64,000 nucleotides of DNA from an uncultured Syntrophaceae bacterium (GTDB lineage: Bacteria; Desulfobacterota; Syntrophia; Syntrophales; PHBD01), in NCBI GenBank assembly GCA_964558665.1, contig CAZLFA010000003.1:22952-86951 (forward strand). The letters are read 5' to 3'. Every line of letters starts with the position of its first letter. Positions within the stretch are counted from its first letter, which is position 1. The translations under genes were made by a program, and so were the position numbers. The notes under the pieces are model-generated. The model was given only the letters and a program-made list of their open reading frames with translations, searched no databases and was not told the origin of the DNA. Shown here piece by piece: positions 7,883 through 17,884 of this stretch.

Positions 7883-9019
7883 ATGGAAACTTTTAAAGAC
7901 AAGCCGATGTATACATACCTGCTGGTGCTTGTGATATGCGCAAGCGCCGGACTACAGGGATGGATGGCGTTATTTACCAACTTCGCAAAAGAGATAGTCG
8001 GCGTAAACGGCTTTCAGATCGGCGTCGCACAGGCAGTAAGGGAAATTCCGGGCTTTCTTACATTTACGGTCATTTATGTATTGCTGATCATGAAGGAGCA
8101 CCGGCTATCGGCCTGGTCGGTTGTAGTGCTGGGAATCGGAATCGGTGCCACCGGTTTTTTTACCACCTTCCCCGGCCTGCTGATGACGACCGTCATCATG
8201 TCAATCGGGTTTCATTACTTCGAAACAACCAACAAGTCACTGACAGTCCAGTATTTCGACAAGCAGGAAGCCCCTGTGGTATTTGCCAGGCTCCGCGGGT
8301 ACGGCGCACTGGCGAATATTACCGTCGGGACGATCATCTGGGGGCTTTCCTTCTTTCTCCCGTATCATATTAATTTTCTGATTCTGGGGATATTCATCTC
8401 AGCCACGGGATTTTACATGCTGTATCAGAACCCGGCGGACACCCATGACCTGCCCCGCCAGAACAGACTCGTCCTGCGGCGAAAATACATTCTTTACTAT
8501 ATACTGAATTTTTTAAGCGGAGCCAGAAGGCAGATATTCACAGTGTTTGCAATCTTCCTTCTGGTCGAGAAATACAGACTGGGTGTCAGCACCATTGCCG
8601 GCATCTATGTCATCAACTATGCACTGACCTATCTGACCAACAGATATATTTCCAGGGCAATAAACGTATATGGGGAGCGGGTTGTTCTTTCTCTTGAAAG
8701 CGCCAGCCTGTTTGTCCTGTTTCTCGGTTATGCCTTCATCGAAAATGCCTGGGTGGCGGTTGCCCTTTATATCCTCGACAGCATTTTTTTCAACTTTGCC
8801 ATCGGCATAAATACGTATCTTCAGAAAACAGCCGATCCGGAGGATCTGGCTCAGAGCACCGCCGTAGGTTTCACTATCAATCATATCTCCGCAATAGTTA
8901 TTCCGCTGATCGGGGGAAGCTTGTGGATGTTGAACTGGAGAGCACCCTTCATCATCGGCGCATGCCTTACTCTCGTGTCCCTTTATTTCACGCAGAAGAT
9001 TAAAACAGCCCACCACTGA
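7883..9019 (+). CDS. MFS-type transporter (polytopic membrane protein)
   Basis: 378-aa ORF with about 10-12 hydrophobic segments. A central basic loop (LPRQNRLVLRRKY) separates two halves, as in MFS permeases. No specific substrate motif recognised. Confidence 0.55.
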   Translation: METFKDKPMYTYLLVLVICASAGLQGWMALFTNFAKEIVGVNGFQIGVAQAVREIPGFLTFTVIYVLLIMKEHRLSAWSVVVLGIGIGATGFFTTFPGLLMTTVIMSIGFHYFETTNKSLTVQYFDKQEAPVVFARLRGYGALANITVGTIIWGLSFFLPYHINFLILGIFISATGFYMLYQNPADTHDLPRQNRLVLRRKYILYYILNFLSGARRQIFTVFAIFLLVEKYRLGVSTIAGIYVINYALTYLTNRYISRAINVYGERVVLSLESASLFVLFLGYAFIENAWVAVALYILDSIFFNFAIGINTYLQKTADPEDLAQSTAVGFTINHISAIVIPLIGGSLWMLNWRAPFIIGACLTLVSLYFTQKIKTAHH

Positions 9020-9023
9020 TCTT

Positions 9024-10712
9024 TCATTTTTTCTTGTCTGCCGCCTTAGCCCACGAATCGCGCAAACTGACCGCCCTGTTGAAGACCGGCAACTGCGGAG
9101 ATGAATCGACGGCATCGGCACAGAAATATCCCAGCCTTTCGAACTGATAATGACTGCCCGGGCGGGCACCGTCGAGGCTTGGTTCCAGCCTGCACGATTT
9201 CAGTATCTCCAGTGATCCGGGGTTCAAGTGCCTGATATAGTCGTCGTCTCCCGCCAGGGGATCGGGAACATTGAAAAGCCTGTCATAAAGCCGCACCTCG
9301 GCAGGTATGGAATGCTCCGCCGATACCCAGTGGATGGTGGCATCTACCTTCCTGCCGTCCGGTGCAAATCCACTGCGCGTTTCCGGATCATAGGTGCAGT
9401 GCACCTCTTTCACTTTATCATTCTCTTTTACAACACTTACACATTTGATGAAATACCCGTAGCGCAGCCTGACCTCTTTGCCGGGCGCCAGGCGGAAAAA
9501 CTTTTTGGGAGGGTTCTCCATGAAGTCTTCCTCTTCAATATAGAGGACTTTTGAGAAAGGAACTTTGCGCGAACTCATCTCCGGTTTCTTGGGATGATAG
9601 GGAGAGTCGAACTCTTCCGCCTGATTCTCCGGATAATTGTCTATCACCACGCGCAGCGGTCTGAGTACGGCCATCACACGCGGCGCCTTTTCATTGAGAT
9701 CTTCTCGCAGGCAGTTTTCCAGAAGCGCAACATCGACAAGGCTGTCGTTTTTCGCCACGCCGATGCGGTCACAGAAGTCGCGTATCGCCTCCGGCGTGTA
9801 TCCCCGCCTGCGCAGGCCTGAAATCGTCGGCATGCGCGGATCGTCCCAGCCGGCAATCACTTTTTTCTCCACAAGCTCGATCAGCTTTCTTTTACTCAAT
9901 ACTGTGTAACTCAGATTAAGCCTGGCGAATTCGATCTGCTGAGGACGATGCTCGACCTTCGCCGCCTCGATAAACCAGTCGTAAAGCGGCCGGTTGTTCT
10001 CAAACTCCAGGGTGCATATGGAATGTGTTATCCCCTCCAGAGAATCCGAGAGACAGTGCGCAAAATCGTACATGGGGTAGATGCACCACTTGTCACCGGT
10101 CCTGTAATGCGTTTCCTTTTTGATGCGGTACATGACCGGATCGCGCATGGTAATATTGGGCGAGGCCATATCGATCTTCGCCCTCAAGACCCGGCTGCCG
10201 TCAGGAAACTCTCCTGCCCTCATCCTTCCAAACAGATCTAGATTCTCTTCGACGGCTCTGTTTCTATAAGGACTGTCTTTCCCCGGCTCAGTAAAGCTGC
10301 CCCGGTGCTCGCGCATTTCCTCGGCGTTGAGGTCGCAGACGAAGGCCTTACCCAGTTTGATCAGCTTGACGGCAAAATCATACAGATGCTCATAGTAGTC
10401 CGAAGCGTAGTAAAGGCGGTCCTCCCAGTCAAAGCCGAGCCACTTCACGTCACGGATGATCGATTCCACGTACTCCATGCTCTCGCCTGCCGGATCGGTG
10501 TCGTCCATGCGCAGATTGCAGGTGCCTCTATACTGTGCGGCGATTCCGAAATTCAGGCAAACGGACTTGGCATGCCCGATGTGAGGATAACCGTTGGGTT
10601 CCGGCGGAAAACGCGTGGCTACGCGCCCTTCATGTTTTCCGTTTTTCAAGTCTTCGTTGATGATGTCCCTGATGAAATCCGACGGGGTGGAAGAAGAGTT
10701 GTCCTGTGCCAT
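9024..10712 (-). CDS. glnS: glutamine--tRNA ligase
   Basis: 562-aa [13 protein letters not shown]...[21 protein letters not shown] carries the HIGH motif, [11 protein letters not shown] is present, and VLSKRKL is the KMSKS-like motif. Length and C-terminal anticodon-binding region are typical of GlnRS. Confidence 0.93.
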   Translation of the reverse strand: MAQDNSSSTPSDFIRDIINEDLKNGKHEGRVATRFPPEPNGYPHIGHAKSVCLNFGIAAQYRGTCNLRMDDTDPAGESMEYVESIIRDVKWLGFDWEDRLYYASDYYEHLYDFAVKLIKLGKAFVCDLNAEEMREHRGSFTEPGKDSPYRNRAVEENLDLFGRMRAGEFPDGSRVLRAKIDMASPNITMRDPVMYRIKKETHYRTGDKWCIYPMYDFAHCLSDSLEGITHSICTLEFENNRPLYDWFIEAAKVEHRPQQIEFARLNLSYTVLSKRKLIELVEKKVIAGWDDPRMPTISGLRRRGYTPEAIRDFCDRIGVAKNDSLVDVALLENCLREDLNEKAPRVMAVLRPLRVVIDNYPENQAEEFDSPYHPKKPEMSSRKVPFSKVLYIEEEDFMENPPKKFFRLAPGKEVRLRYGYFIKCVSVVKENDKVKEVHCTYDPETRSGFAPDGRKVDATIHWVSAEHSIPAEVRLYDRLFNVPDPLAGDDDYIRHLNPGSLEILKSCRLEPSLDGARPGSHYQFERLGYFCADAVDSSPQLPVFNRAVSLRDSWAKAADKKK

Positions 10713-10883
10713 AAGAATAATTACCTTTCCTTATTTTCCGATTCTGAATCGGATATACTTTTTTACCTGCGGTTGCAGGGCCGTTGTTTTTCCCTGAGCT
10801 TGCTGCCGATGATACTACTACTTTCTCTCTTTCCCGGTCAATTATTTCTTGCCATGAAAGTCTTTTCTGAATGCTTTATTCAG

Positions 10884-11528
10884 TCACACGCCCCTGGCGC
10901 CTTCTCCCCAGATTATCTTGTGCATTTGAAGCTGGAGTCTGACATTGAGTTTGTCCGTCATTATCCATCCGGCAAGTGTTTCCGGATTTAATTCACCATG
11001 CAAGGGCGAAAACAACATTTTTGTAACACGAGGATTCTCCTTTTCGATGCATCGAAGCATCTCCTTCGCATAATCGAAATCATTCCTGTCCCCGATCACA
11101 AATTTGATCTCGTCATTTTCGGAAAGCCTTCGGAGATTGTCACGGTTGTTCTTTTCGGCCTCGCCGCTTGACGGGCACTTTATGTCCATAATTTTTACAC
11201 AGCGGTCGTCAACAACGGCGATATCGATGCTGCCGTTTGTTTCCAGCAATACATCATATCCCTCATTGAGCAGGCATTTGATCAGATACTGCGTCGCACT
11301 CTGAACAAGCGGCTCACCGCCGGTAATCTCCACCAGCCGGCGTCCATAGGAACGCACCTTTTCCAGCACCTTTTCAACGGCCATGTCCTCGCCTTCTGCA
11401 TAGGCATATTTTGTGTCACAGTACGAGCATCTCAGGTTGCAGCCCGTGAGGCGTATAAAGACGCAGGGAAGCCCCGCATACGAAGACTCGCCCTGGATGC
11501 TGAAAAATATTTCATTTACTTTCAGCAT
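10884..11528 (-). CDS. queE: 7-carboxy-7-deazaguanine synthase (radical SAM)
   Basis: 214-aa ORF. IFFSIQGES...GLPCVFIRLTGCNLRCSYCDTKYAY is the QueE N-terminal signature with a CxxxCxxC cluster. It is directly coupled to queD, whose stop at 11529 abuts the queE start at 11528. Confidence 0.9.
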   Translation of the reverse strand: MLKVNEIFFSIQGESSYAGLPCVFIRLTGCNLRCSYCDTKYAYAEGEDMAVEKVLEKVRSYGRRLVEITGGEPLVQSATQYLIKCLLNEGYDVLLETNGSIDIAVVDDRCVKIMDIKCPSSGEAEKNNRDNLRRLSENDEIKFVIGDRNDFDYAKEMLRCIEKENPRVTKMLFSPLHGELNPETLAGWIMTDKLNVRLQLQMHKIIWGEGARGV

Positions 11529-11909
11529 CTACTCTTCCCAGTAACATGCCGCGGTGGTTTTGGTTTCCGATACTTTTACCTTCGCAACCTTAACAACATC
11601 GCTGTTGAGCTTTGCGCTGAGTTTCATGTAGATATATCTGGCGACGCTTTCAGAAGTCGGATTGCTGTCCGCAAAGCCGGGGTGTTCATTAAGATAGGTA
11701 TGATCGATGCTTTCCATAAGCTCATTGATTGCCCTTTTTACATCCCGAAAGTCGATTCCGATGCCTATTTCGTTCAGCTTTGTGCACCTTACAAAAACTT
11801 CCACGTTCCAATTGTGTCCATGAATTTCAGCGCAGTCGCCCTGATAGCCTTTCAGCGAATGTGCAGCGGAAAAATGAGTTTCTACCGATATTTCAAACAT
11901 TCCCGGCAT
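11529..11909 (-). CDS. queD: 6-carboxy-5,6,7,8-tetrahydropterin synthase
   Basis: The start is placed at the internal ATG at 11909 (RBS ggaggg 3 nt upstream) rather than the ORF-track start at 11948. FEISVETHFSAAHSLKGYQGDCAEIHGHNWNVEVFV is the QueD/PTPS His/Cys Zn-site signature. Confidence 0.88.
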   Translation of the reverse strand: MPGMFEISVETHFSAAHSLKGYQGDCAEIHGHNWNVEVFVRCTKLNEIGIGIDFRDVKRAINELMESIDHTYLNEHPGFADSNPTSESVARYIYMKLSAKLNSDVVKVAKVKVSETKTTAACYWEE

Positions 11910-12488
11910 GCTCCCTCCGTCTCCTTTTTTCTGCACATGAGCTACCACATTTTCATGTTGTATGGTACCGGAATCAGCGGTCGGATTGTTATCCGGCGTA
12001 ATGAAGTACTATTATGAGTACTTCAATGGACGGGACAACTATACAACGGCTGCTCATCAATTCCGCTATCTGCGCATCTCTGTCTCAGAGACCACGAAGA
12101 ATCTGAATGTATAGATTCCTGAACTCAATTATGCTAGAGAAACATGAGAAAGAGAGCGGATTCCGCGAAAAGATAAACCCAGATTACGAGATAAGGACGT
12201 AATACCCTCTGTTATCCCGGTCAAAGAGGCTTCCCTCGGCTCAGAATATTTTTCACAGGAAAAATATTTGATTCGACGCTTGAAAACCCCTTCGACCAGG
12301 ATAATATTCACTTATCCAAGTGCCTATACGTTCTATTGCGCAATCCGGGATAAAATAGTGTTGACCATCATGCCGTGAAGTTATATTGTCCGCCGGTCAG
12401 CGAACAGTCAACTGCTGTATCATCTGTCGGCAATACAGGAATCGAGGGGCTCGCGAATCAGCGATGCGTCCCGATCACAGGAAATTAA

Positions 12489-13193
12489 ATGAACGGACGC
12501 ATAATTATCTTTAAAATTATTTTCTTATCTATCTTCCTTATTCTGGGAAGCTGGCTCTTTTTTCACTTCGACCTGCATATCTACTTTACGAACCGGGACA
12601 AGGCCATAGCCTTTGTTGAATCGTTCGGCCCTCTGTCCGTTGTAATATTTATCCTGCTGCAAATCGCACAGGTTATTGCTGCTCCCATTCCCGGCGAGGC
12701 AACCGGGCTTATCGGCGGTTACATATACGGCCCTATACTGGGCACCCTCTATTCGACAATCGGCCTCACCCTGGGTTCATGGCTGGCTTTCATGCTCTCC
12801 CGATTCTTCGGCATGCCTCTGGTGGAAAAGGTCGTAAAGAAGGAGGTTATTGAAAAATACGACTATTTCATGGAGCATCAGGGCGCCGTCGTCTCATTTC
12901 TGCTTTTTTTGATACCCGGTTTTCCCAAGGATTATCTCTGCTACATCATGGGGGTCAGCCACATGCCCGTGTGGGAATTCCTCACGATATCAACGATAGG
13001 CAGGCTGATGGGCACCGCGCTGCTTTCCGTGTCAGGCAGTTGCGCCCGCAACGATCAGTACACGGCGCTGATTGTGATTTCCGTTGTAAGCGGAATCTTG
13101 TTTGTTCTTGCTGTTGTTTATCGTGAAAGGCTTTTGGAGTTTCTCAAGAAGCATGTAAAGAGAAGCAAAAAACACGGTGACAAAAATACCTAG
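12489..13193 (+). CDS. TVP38/TMEM64 (DedA superfamily) membrane protein
   Basis: 234-aa ORF. FILLQIAQVIAAPIPGEATGLIGGYIYGPILGTLYSTIGLTLGSWLAFMLSRFFG matches the SNARE-associated/TVP38 core with re-entrant-loop glycine motifs. A basic C-terminal tail is present. Confidence 0.8.
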   Translation: MNGRIIIFKIIFLSIFLILGSWLFFHFDLHIYFTNRDKAIAFVESFGPLSVVIFILLQIAQVIAAPIPGEATGLIGGYIYGPILGTLYSTIGLTLGSWLAFMLSRFFGMPLVEKVVKKEVIEKYDYFMEHQGAVVSFLLFLIPGFPKDYLCYIMGVSHMPVWEFLTISTIGRLMGTALLSVSGSCARNDQYTALIVISVVSGILFVLAVVYRERLLEFLKKHVKRSKKHGDKNT

Positions 13194-13412
13194 GCGGGAT
13201 GCATCCGGAAACCTCGGATGCCTGAGCTTTCGATTTCCGGATAGGAACTTTCAAATTCTGCGCAAGGGGTTTGCAGCGGCGAATTAAATATTTTTTCATC
13301 AGGCAGGGCCTGAGGAGTGATTGCGGCTTCTGTCGAAAAAATATTCTGAGCCGAGGAAAACTCTTTGCGCACAGACAACGAAACTGGCGCAAGGGATTAG
13401 TAAACGTGGATA

Positions 13413-15479
13413 CTATATCGGCATTTCCTCTTTTTTCACAACATCCTTTCCGTCTTTCGACTTTGCCGCCTCTTCCATCTTTCTTTCATTTTGCAGGCGC
13501 TTCCTGCGCACCCAGCCGAATTCCGGCTTGTACGATTGTATCGACTCGACCTCGCTCCTGTCGGCATGCATCTTTGATATGATCAGCGCTATATAACCGG
13601 ACCAGTGGTCGCTTACTTCGCCGTTCCTGTACATGTAATGATAACGAACCGGATTTGCGATTATCGATCCGAGAAACGCCGCCTCCTGCAGCGTCAGGTC
13701 CTTCGGCTTTTTGTCAAAGTAGTATCTTGACGCACGGCCGATGCCGTAGATATCCGGACCCCACTCAATAATGTTCATGTATATCTCAAGTATTCTTTCC
13801 TTGCTTATTTCCTGTTCCATTGCGTACGTGAGCAGCATCTCTTCAAACTTGCGGGAAATCGTCTTGTTCCCCGAAAGGAAGAGGTTTTTCGCCGTCTGCA
13901 TCGATATCGTCGAAGCGCCTCTGGCAAACCTTTTTTCCCTCAGATTCTGGCGCATTGATTCTTTGATATGCTTTATCTGAAAACCGTCGTGGGAAAAGAA
14001 TCTGCCGTCTTCACAGGTAAGAGCCGCACGGATGGCGTTTCTGCCGATCCTGTCATAGGGCACGAAATCAGGATTGGCGGGGCCCACCCAGAATTCTTTG
14101 ACGATCTTCCCTCTCTTTTTTGCCCTGTGGAAAAAGGGTTTTTTCAGTTTCATTATATCGGCCGACCTGGGGGATGTTATGATGCGGAAGTCATTTATCT
14201 CCACATCCGGTTCAAAATCAACATGCCTGCCCTCCAGATCAAGTAATAATCTCACATTCATATTAATATGGCCGGAGACATCGGCATCGTATATCGTCGG
14301 GATGAACTCCCGGGGAAGCTCTTTCAGAATCTCCCTGACATCGAGTTTTTCACCGCTCAGTTTTACCTCTATCTTCGGTTTACCCCTGTAATCTATTGTT
14401 CCTCCGAGATTCACGGCAACCTTCCCCATTCCTAACTGTGATGAATCTATTGTTATGTTTCTGGCCGCTTCATCCCAGCCGAGCACGCCCCTGGCGTGCA
14501 GAGAAATATTTTTCAAAGGCTTATCCGCTATGCGCCAATGATCCAGGCCCAAACGGTTCATATTTCCTTCAAATGTGACCTTCCTGCTTGTTTCTCCCGT
14601 CTTGAACACCATGTTGACCCGGCCGTTCAGGACGGTATCCTCCGCGAAAACAATCCAGTTCGGCAGATACGAAGCCAGTTCTATCAGTTTCAGGCTTTTT
14701 CCCTGTATTTCAGTTTTAATCTCTCCGTCATTTATATCCCCGTGCAGCGTTATCTCTCCCAGCTTCTCCCCGATGTGCCCGCGTATATCCAGTGTCCCTC
14801 TCCGGGTATCCAGGTTATATTCTGACGTCCCTCTGCATCGTGAGATTATCAACGGACGGCTCGTCTCTCCCATCAATGCACTGGAGACGGATATCTTCGC
14901 CCTCTTCCATTCAATGTGCAAATCCCGGTCAAAGGAAACAAAACGCCCCGCTCCTCCCTTCAGCAGATCCTCTCCCTGCCGCTTCCCGCCTCCCGCAAGC
15001 AGCTTTTTCAGACCGGATAGCGAATCGGATGTTTCATCCTGAATGGTCAGGACAGGTTCAGTAAGCGTTACTCCTGAAATCCGCAGGCGAAACGGCAGCG
15101 CAAAACTCAGAGAATAGTCCACACTGAGCTCGGGTATGGAAATAAAGGGATAAGCCCTGCCGCCGTTTTCAAAACCGATCCGGACATCCCTGATAACCGG
15201 ACCGGACAATATACCGCTGTCCACCCCCCCTATGCTGACCGACAATCCCCATTTGCGGGAGATGTCGGGCAGCGCCTTTTCAATTTCCGCTTTGACTATT
15301 TCGTTGAGGCGCGAACCGAAATAAAAAGACAATACAGACAGTATCAACGCCATGAAGAGCAGAAAGCAGATAATGACGGCGGACACCTTTTTTCCCGGCA
15401 TCCGCATCACTGCGCTCTTTAACAGGTTTCCTGTTCTCTGCATCAGTGAATGAACCGGGGTTTGCAGCTTTGTAGTCAT
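13413..15479 (-). CDS. membrane-anchored fusion protein: long AsmA/TamB-like beta-rich periplasmic region + C-terminal GT51 peptidoglycan glycosyltransferase domain
   Basis: 688-aa ORF with one N-terminal TM segment (VIICFLLFMALILSVLSFYF). About 430 aa of repetitive beta-strand-like sequence follow (LSVSIGGVDSGILSGPVIRDVRIGF...ISIPELSVDYS...RISGVTLTEPVLTIQ). The C-terminus has GT51 motifs: LTCEDGRFFSHDGF, RGASTISMQTAKNLFL, RKFEEMLLTYAMEQEISKERILEIYMNIIEWG and GIGRASRYYF. The start codon is uncertain because no clear RBS is visible. Confidence 0.8.
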   Translation of the reverse strand: MTTKLQTPVHSLMQRTGNLLKSAVMRMPGKKVSAVIICFLLFMALILSVLSFYFGSRLNEIVKAEIEKALPDISRKWGLSVSIGGVDSGILSGPVIRDVRIGFENGGRAYPFISIPELSVDYSLSFALPFRLRISGVTLTEPVLTIQDETSDSLSGLKKLLAGGGKRQGEDLLKGGAGRFVSFDRDLHIEWKRAKISVSSALMGETSRPLIISRCRGTSEYNLDTRRGTLDIRGHIGEKLGEITLHGDINDGEIKTEIQGKSLKLIELASYLPNWIVFAEDTVLNGRVNMVFKTGETSRKVTFEGNMNRLGLDHWRIADKPLKNISLHARGVLGWDEAARNITIDSSQLGMGKVAVNLGGTIDYRGKPKIEVKLSGEKLDVREILKELPREFIPTIYDADVSGHINMNVRLLLDLEGRHVDFEPDVEINDFRIITSPRSADIMKLKKPFFHRAKKRGKIVKEFWVGPANPDFVPYDRIGRNAIRAALTCEDGRFFSHDGFQIKHIKESMRQNLREKRFARGASTISMQTAKNLFLSGNKTISRKFEEMLLTYAMEQEISKERILEIYMNIIEWGPDIYGIGRASRYYFDKKPKDLTLQEAAFLGSIIANPVRYHYMYRNGEVSDHWSGYIALIISKMHADRSEVESIQSYKPEFGWVRRKRLQNERKMEEAAKSKDGKDVVKKEEMPI

Positions 15480-15770
15480 TTCTTTATAACCGTTAAAGCC
15501 TTTGCATGATTATTTCACAGAAAACCGCTGACATGCGATGCCGCAATTATTTTGGTCAGTAAATGTTCAGTGATTATTTATGATTCTCTTAAGCGCCAGC
15601 ATAGGACAGTGACAATGCCATGTCAACGACAAATGACAACTTGATAAAAGCCGGCTTGACCTCATGCAAAAGATATGAGAAATAAGCTACAGTGTAAGAT
15701 TTAGCTAATCGAATTAGCAGGATAATGATTATTTGCTGATAATTCATTTTTATCGCACGGGAGGAACAAC

Positions 15771-16772
15771 TTGAAGCGGGTAAATCGGCTGCAGATAGCC
15801 ATTGGTTTTCTTGTCCTTGTATGTTTGTCCGGATTCGCCGGCTATTACCTCCTTGAAGGCCTTTCTTTCGTTGATGCTATCTACATGACGATCACAACAC
15901 TTTCCACTGTCGGTTTCGGCGATATAACACCCCAGACCGATGCCGGCAAGCTGTTCACTGTAATCCTGATTATCTTTGGCGTAGGAACAATGTTTTACAC
16001 ATTCGGTCAATTGGCGGAGAGTATGGTTGAGGGACGCCTGAATATGCTCATGGGCAAGGGGAGGTCTGAAAAAATGATAAAAAAGATGCATAATCACTAC
16101 ATCATCTGCGGCTGCGGACGTATCGGCTATCTGATCGGAAAGGAACTGGCTGCAGAAAAGGTGAGTTTTGTTATGATCGAGAGCAGTCCGGATATAATCC
16201 AGAAGATCGAAAATGACGATGGATTTGTTTTTTATAAAGGTGATGCAACACATGACAAGACACTCATTGAAGCCGGAATAAAAAGGGCAAAAGGGGTTGT
16301 CTGCGTTCTTCCCTCCGATGCTGAGAATCTTTATGTAATACTGACTGCGAAGGAGCTCAATCCCAATGTCTATATTCTGTCCCGCTCCGAGGATGAGGCA
16401 TCGGAAAGCCGCCTTCTCAGGGCAGGCGCCGACCGCGTCATGTCGCCCTACACGCTGGGGGGGTTGAGGATGTCCATGGCCATCCTGAGGCCGGCCATGC
16501 TGGATTTCATCGAGATCTCGACAAAACGGCAAAGCCTCGAGCTTCGCATGGACGAACTTGAAGTCTGCAACGGATCATCGCTTATCGGGTCTTCTCTGGA
16601 GAAATCTGATATCAGGCAGCGCTACGGACTGATTATTGTTGCCGTAAAAAAGGATTCGGGCAAGATGATTTTCAATCCTCTGGCCAACTATGTAATCGAG
16701 AAAGGGGATAAACTGATTGCCATGGGCGAAGACGACAACATAGCCAAGTTTTCCGGAATCTGCGTGGGGTGA
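15771..16772 (+). CDS. potassium channel with RCK (TrkA-N/TrkA-C) gating domains (MthK/Kch-like)
   Basis: 333-aa ORF with a TTG start and RBS gggagga. It has two TM helices flanking the selectivity filter TTLSTVGFGDITP. A Rossmann motif follows (HYIICGCGRIGYLIGKEL), then a TrkA-C-like C-terminus. Confidence 0.88.
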   Translation: MKRVNRLQIAIGFLVLVCLSGFAGYYLLEGLSFVDAIYMTITTLSTVGFGDITPQTDAGKLFTVILIIFGVGTMFYTFGQLAESMVEGRLNMLMGKGRSEKMIKKMHNHYIICGCGRIGYLIGKELAAEKVSFVMIESSPDIIQKIENDDGFVFYKGDATHDKTLIEAGIKRAKGVVCVLPSDAENLYVILTAKELNPNVYILSRSEDEASESRLLRAGADRVMSPYTLGGLRMSMAILRPAMLDFIEISTKRQSLELRMDELEVCNGSSLIGSSLEKSDIRQRYGLIIVAVKKDSGKMIFNPLANYVIEKGDKLIAMGEDDNIAKFSGICVG

Positions 16773-16788
16773 CGGTTCGCTTGTCCTT

Positions 16789-16854
16789 GTCATTCCCGAG
16801 AAAGCGGGAATCCAGAGCCTTACTGGATTGCCAGGTCAAGCCCGGCAATGACAA
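16789..16854. repeat. miniature palindromic repeat, family B (GTCATT-hairpin-AATCCAG...CTGGATT-hairpin-AATGACAA)
   Basis: The sequence is gtcattcccgagaaagcgggaatccagagccttactggattgccaggtcaagcccggcaatgacaa. It forms nested inverted repeats (three-hairpin layout). It lies 17 nt after the K+ channel stop. A further fragment, gtcattcc, occurs at 16866-16873. Confidence 0.8.
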
Positions 16855-16906
16855 TCTTTACCTTTGTCATTCCGAAAAATAAATTACTAAAAAATGGATA
16901 GAACAA

Positions 16907-17326
16907 ATGAAATCATACCGCAAGGAACTCTGGTTCAATATTCCGACCAGGAGAGCATTTCTCAATATTACGCCTGAAGTTGAGGATTGCCTTCGCGAAA
17001 GCGGCATCAAAGAAGGATTGATACTGATTAACGCGATGCACATAACAGCTTCCGTATTTATCAATGATGATGAATCAGGCCTTCATAAGGATTATGACGA
17101 ATGGCTTGAAAAACTGGCACCCCATGAACCGGTTTCACAATATCGGCATAACCGGACCGGAGAAGATAACGGCGACGCTCATCTTAAGAGGCAGATAATG
17201 GGCAGGGAAGTTGTTGTCGCCATAACCAACGGGCAGTTAGACTTCGGCCCCTGGGAACAGATATTTTACGGTGAGTTTGACGGACGGCGAAAAAAGAGAG
17301 TCCTGGTTAAAATCATCGGGGAATGA
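16907..17326 (+). CDS. YjbQ/UPF0047 family protein (secondary thiamine-phosphate synthase-like)
   Basis: 139-aa [50 protein letters not shown]...[38 protein letters not shown] is the characteristic YjbQ pattern. Confidence 0.85.
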   Translation: MKSYRKELWFNIPTRRAFLNITPEVEDCLRESGIKEGLILINAMHITASVFINDDESGLHKDYDEWLEKLAPHEPVSQYRHNRTGEDNGDAHLKRQIMGREVVVAITNGQLDFGPWEQIFYGEFDGRRKKRVLVKIIGE

Positions 17327-17329
17327 TGT

Positions 17330-17785
17330 TCAAAAAATGCCCATGGCACAGCCGCCGGCGATGACACCGCCCAGTTCACGGCATTTTTCCAGCGCTTCCT
17401 CGGTTACCCTGCCCTGGCATATCACCGGCTCAAATACTTTTTTGAGCTTGTACCCCAGGGCAATCCGCTCCATCGCCCGCAGCGCCCCGCTGCCGTCATT
17501 GCCGGCGCTGATGAAGACCGCATATGGTTTTCTGAAGACCTTGTCCTGTGCCATGACGTATGTCCTGTCGAAAAAATCCTTCACCATGCCCGACATGTAT
17601 CCGAAGTTCTCCGGTGTGCCGATTGCCAATCCGTCGGCGGACAGCAGATCGTCCAGAGTCGCATCCGCCGCCTTCTTTATAACAACCTCCGTGTTTTCAA
17701 TCTGCTGCGCCCCCGAAGCCACTGCCTGGGCCATCTTCTCAGTGTTTCCCGTCTGCGAATGATATACAATCAGTATTTTCGGCAT
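17330..17785 (-). CDS. flavodoxin-fold FMN protein (WrbA/flavodoxin-like)
   Basis: The start is placed at the ATG at 17785 (RBS gagggag) rather than the ORF-track start at 17824. MPKILIVYHSQTGNTEKMAQAVA is the flavodoxin phosphate-binding loop. GLAIGTPENFGYMSG is also typical. Confidence 0.8.
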   Translation of the reverse strand: MPKILIVYHSQTGNTEKMAQAVASGAQQIENTEVVIKKAADATLDDLLSADGLAIGTPENFGYMSGMVKDFFDRTYVMAQDKVFRKPYAVFISAGNDGSGALRAMERIALGYKLKKVFEPVICQGRVTEEALEKCRELGGVIAGGCAMGIF

Positions 17786-17884
17786 GATTATCTCTCCCTC
17801 GTGCCTTATGATTACTTGTACCATGCAGCATTACTTTGACCTGCCGACCGCATCGAATACAAAAGTATGTCCGGGACGGCATGT

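Noticed and set aside
10305-10991. 228-aa plus-strand ORF spanning the glnS 5' end and the queE 3' end.
   Set aside because: It overlaps two strongly supported minus-strand genes and the intergenic region between them. No motif is recognisable.
11910-12130. Possible preQ1 riboswitch upstream of queD-queE.
   Set aside because: The minus-strand leader lacks the short P1 hairpin followed by the A-rich tail that pairs with the loop. Only the SD-proximal run gcagaaaaaaggag is A-rich.
15750-16532. 260-aa minus-strand ORF overlapping the K+ channel gene.
   Set aside because: It is antisense to a gene with an unmistakable TVGFGD selectivity filter and RCK domain, and it has no motifs of its own.
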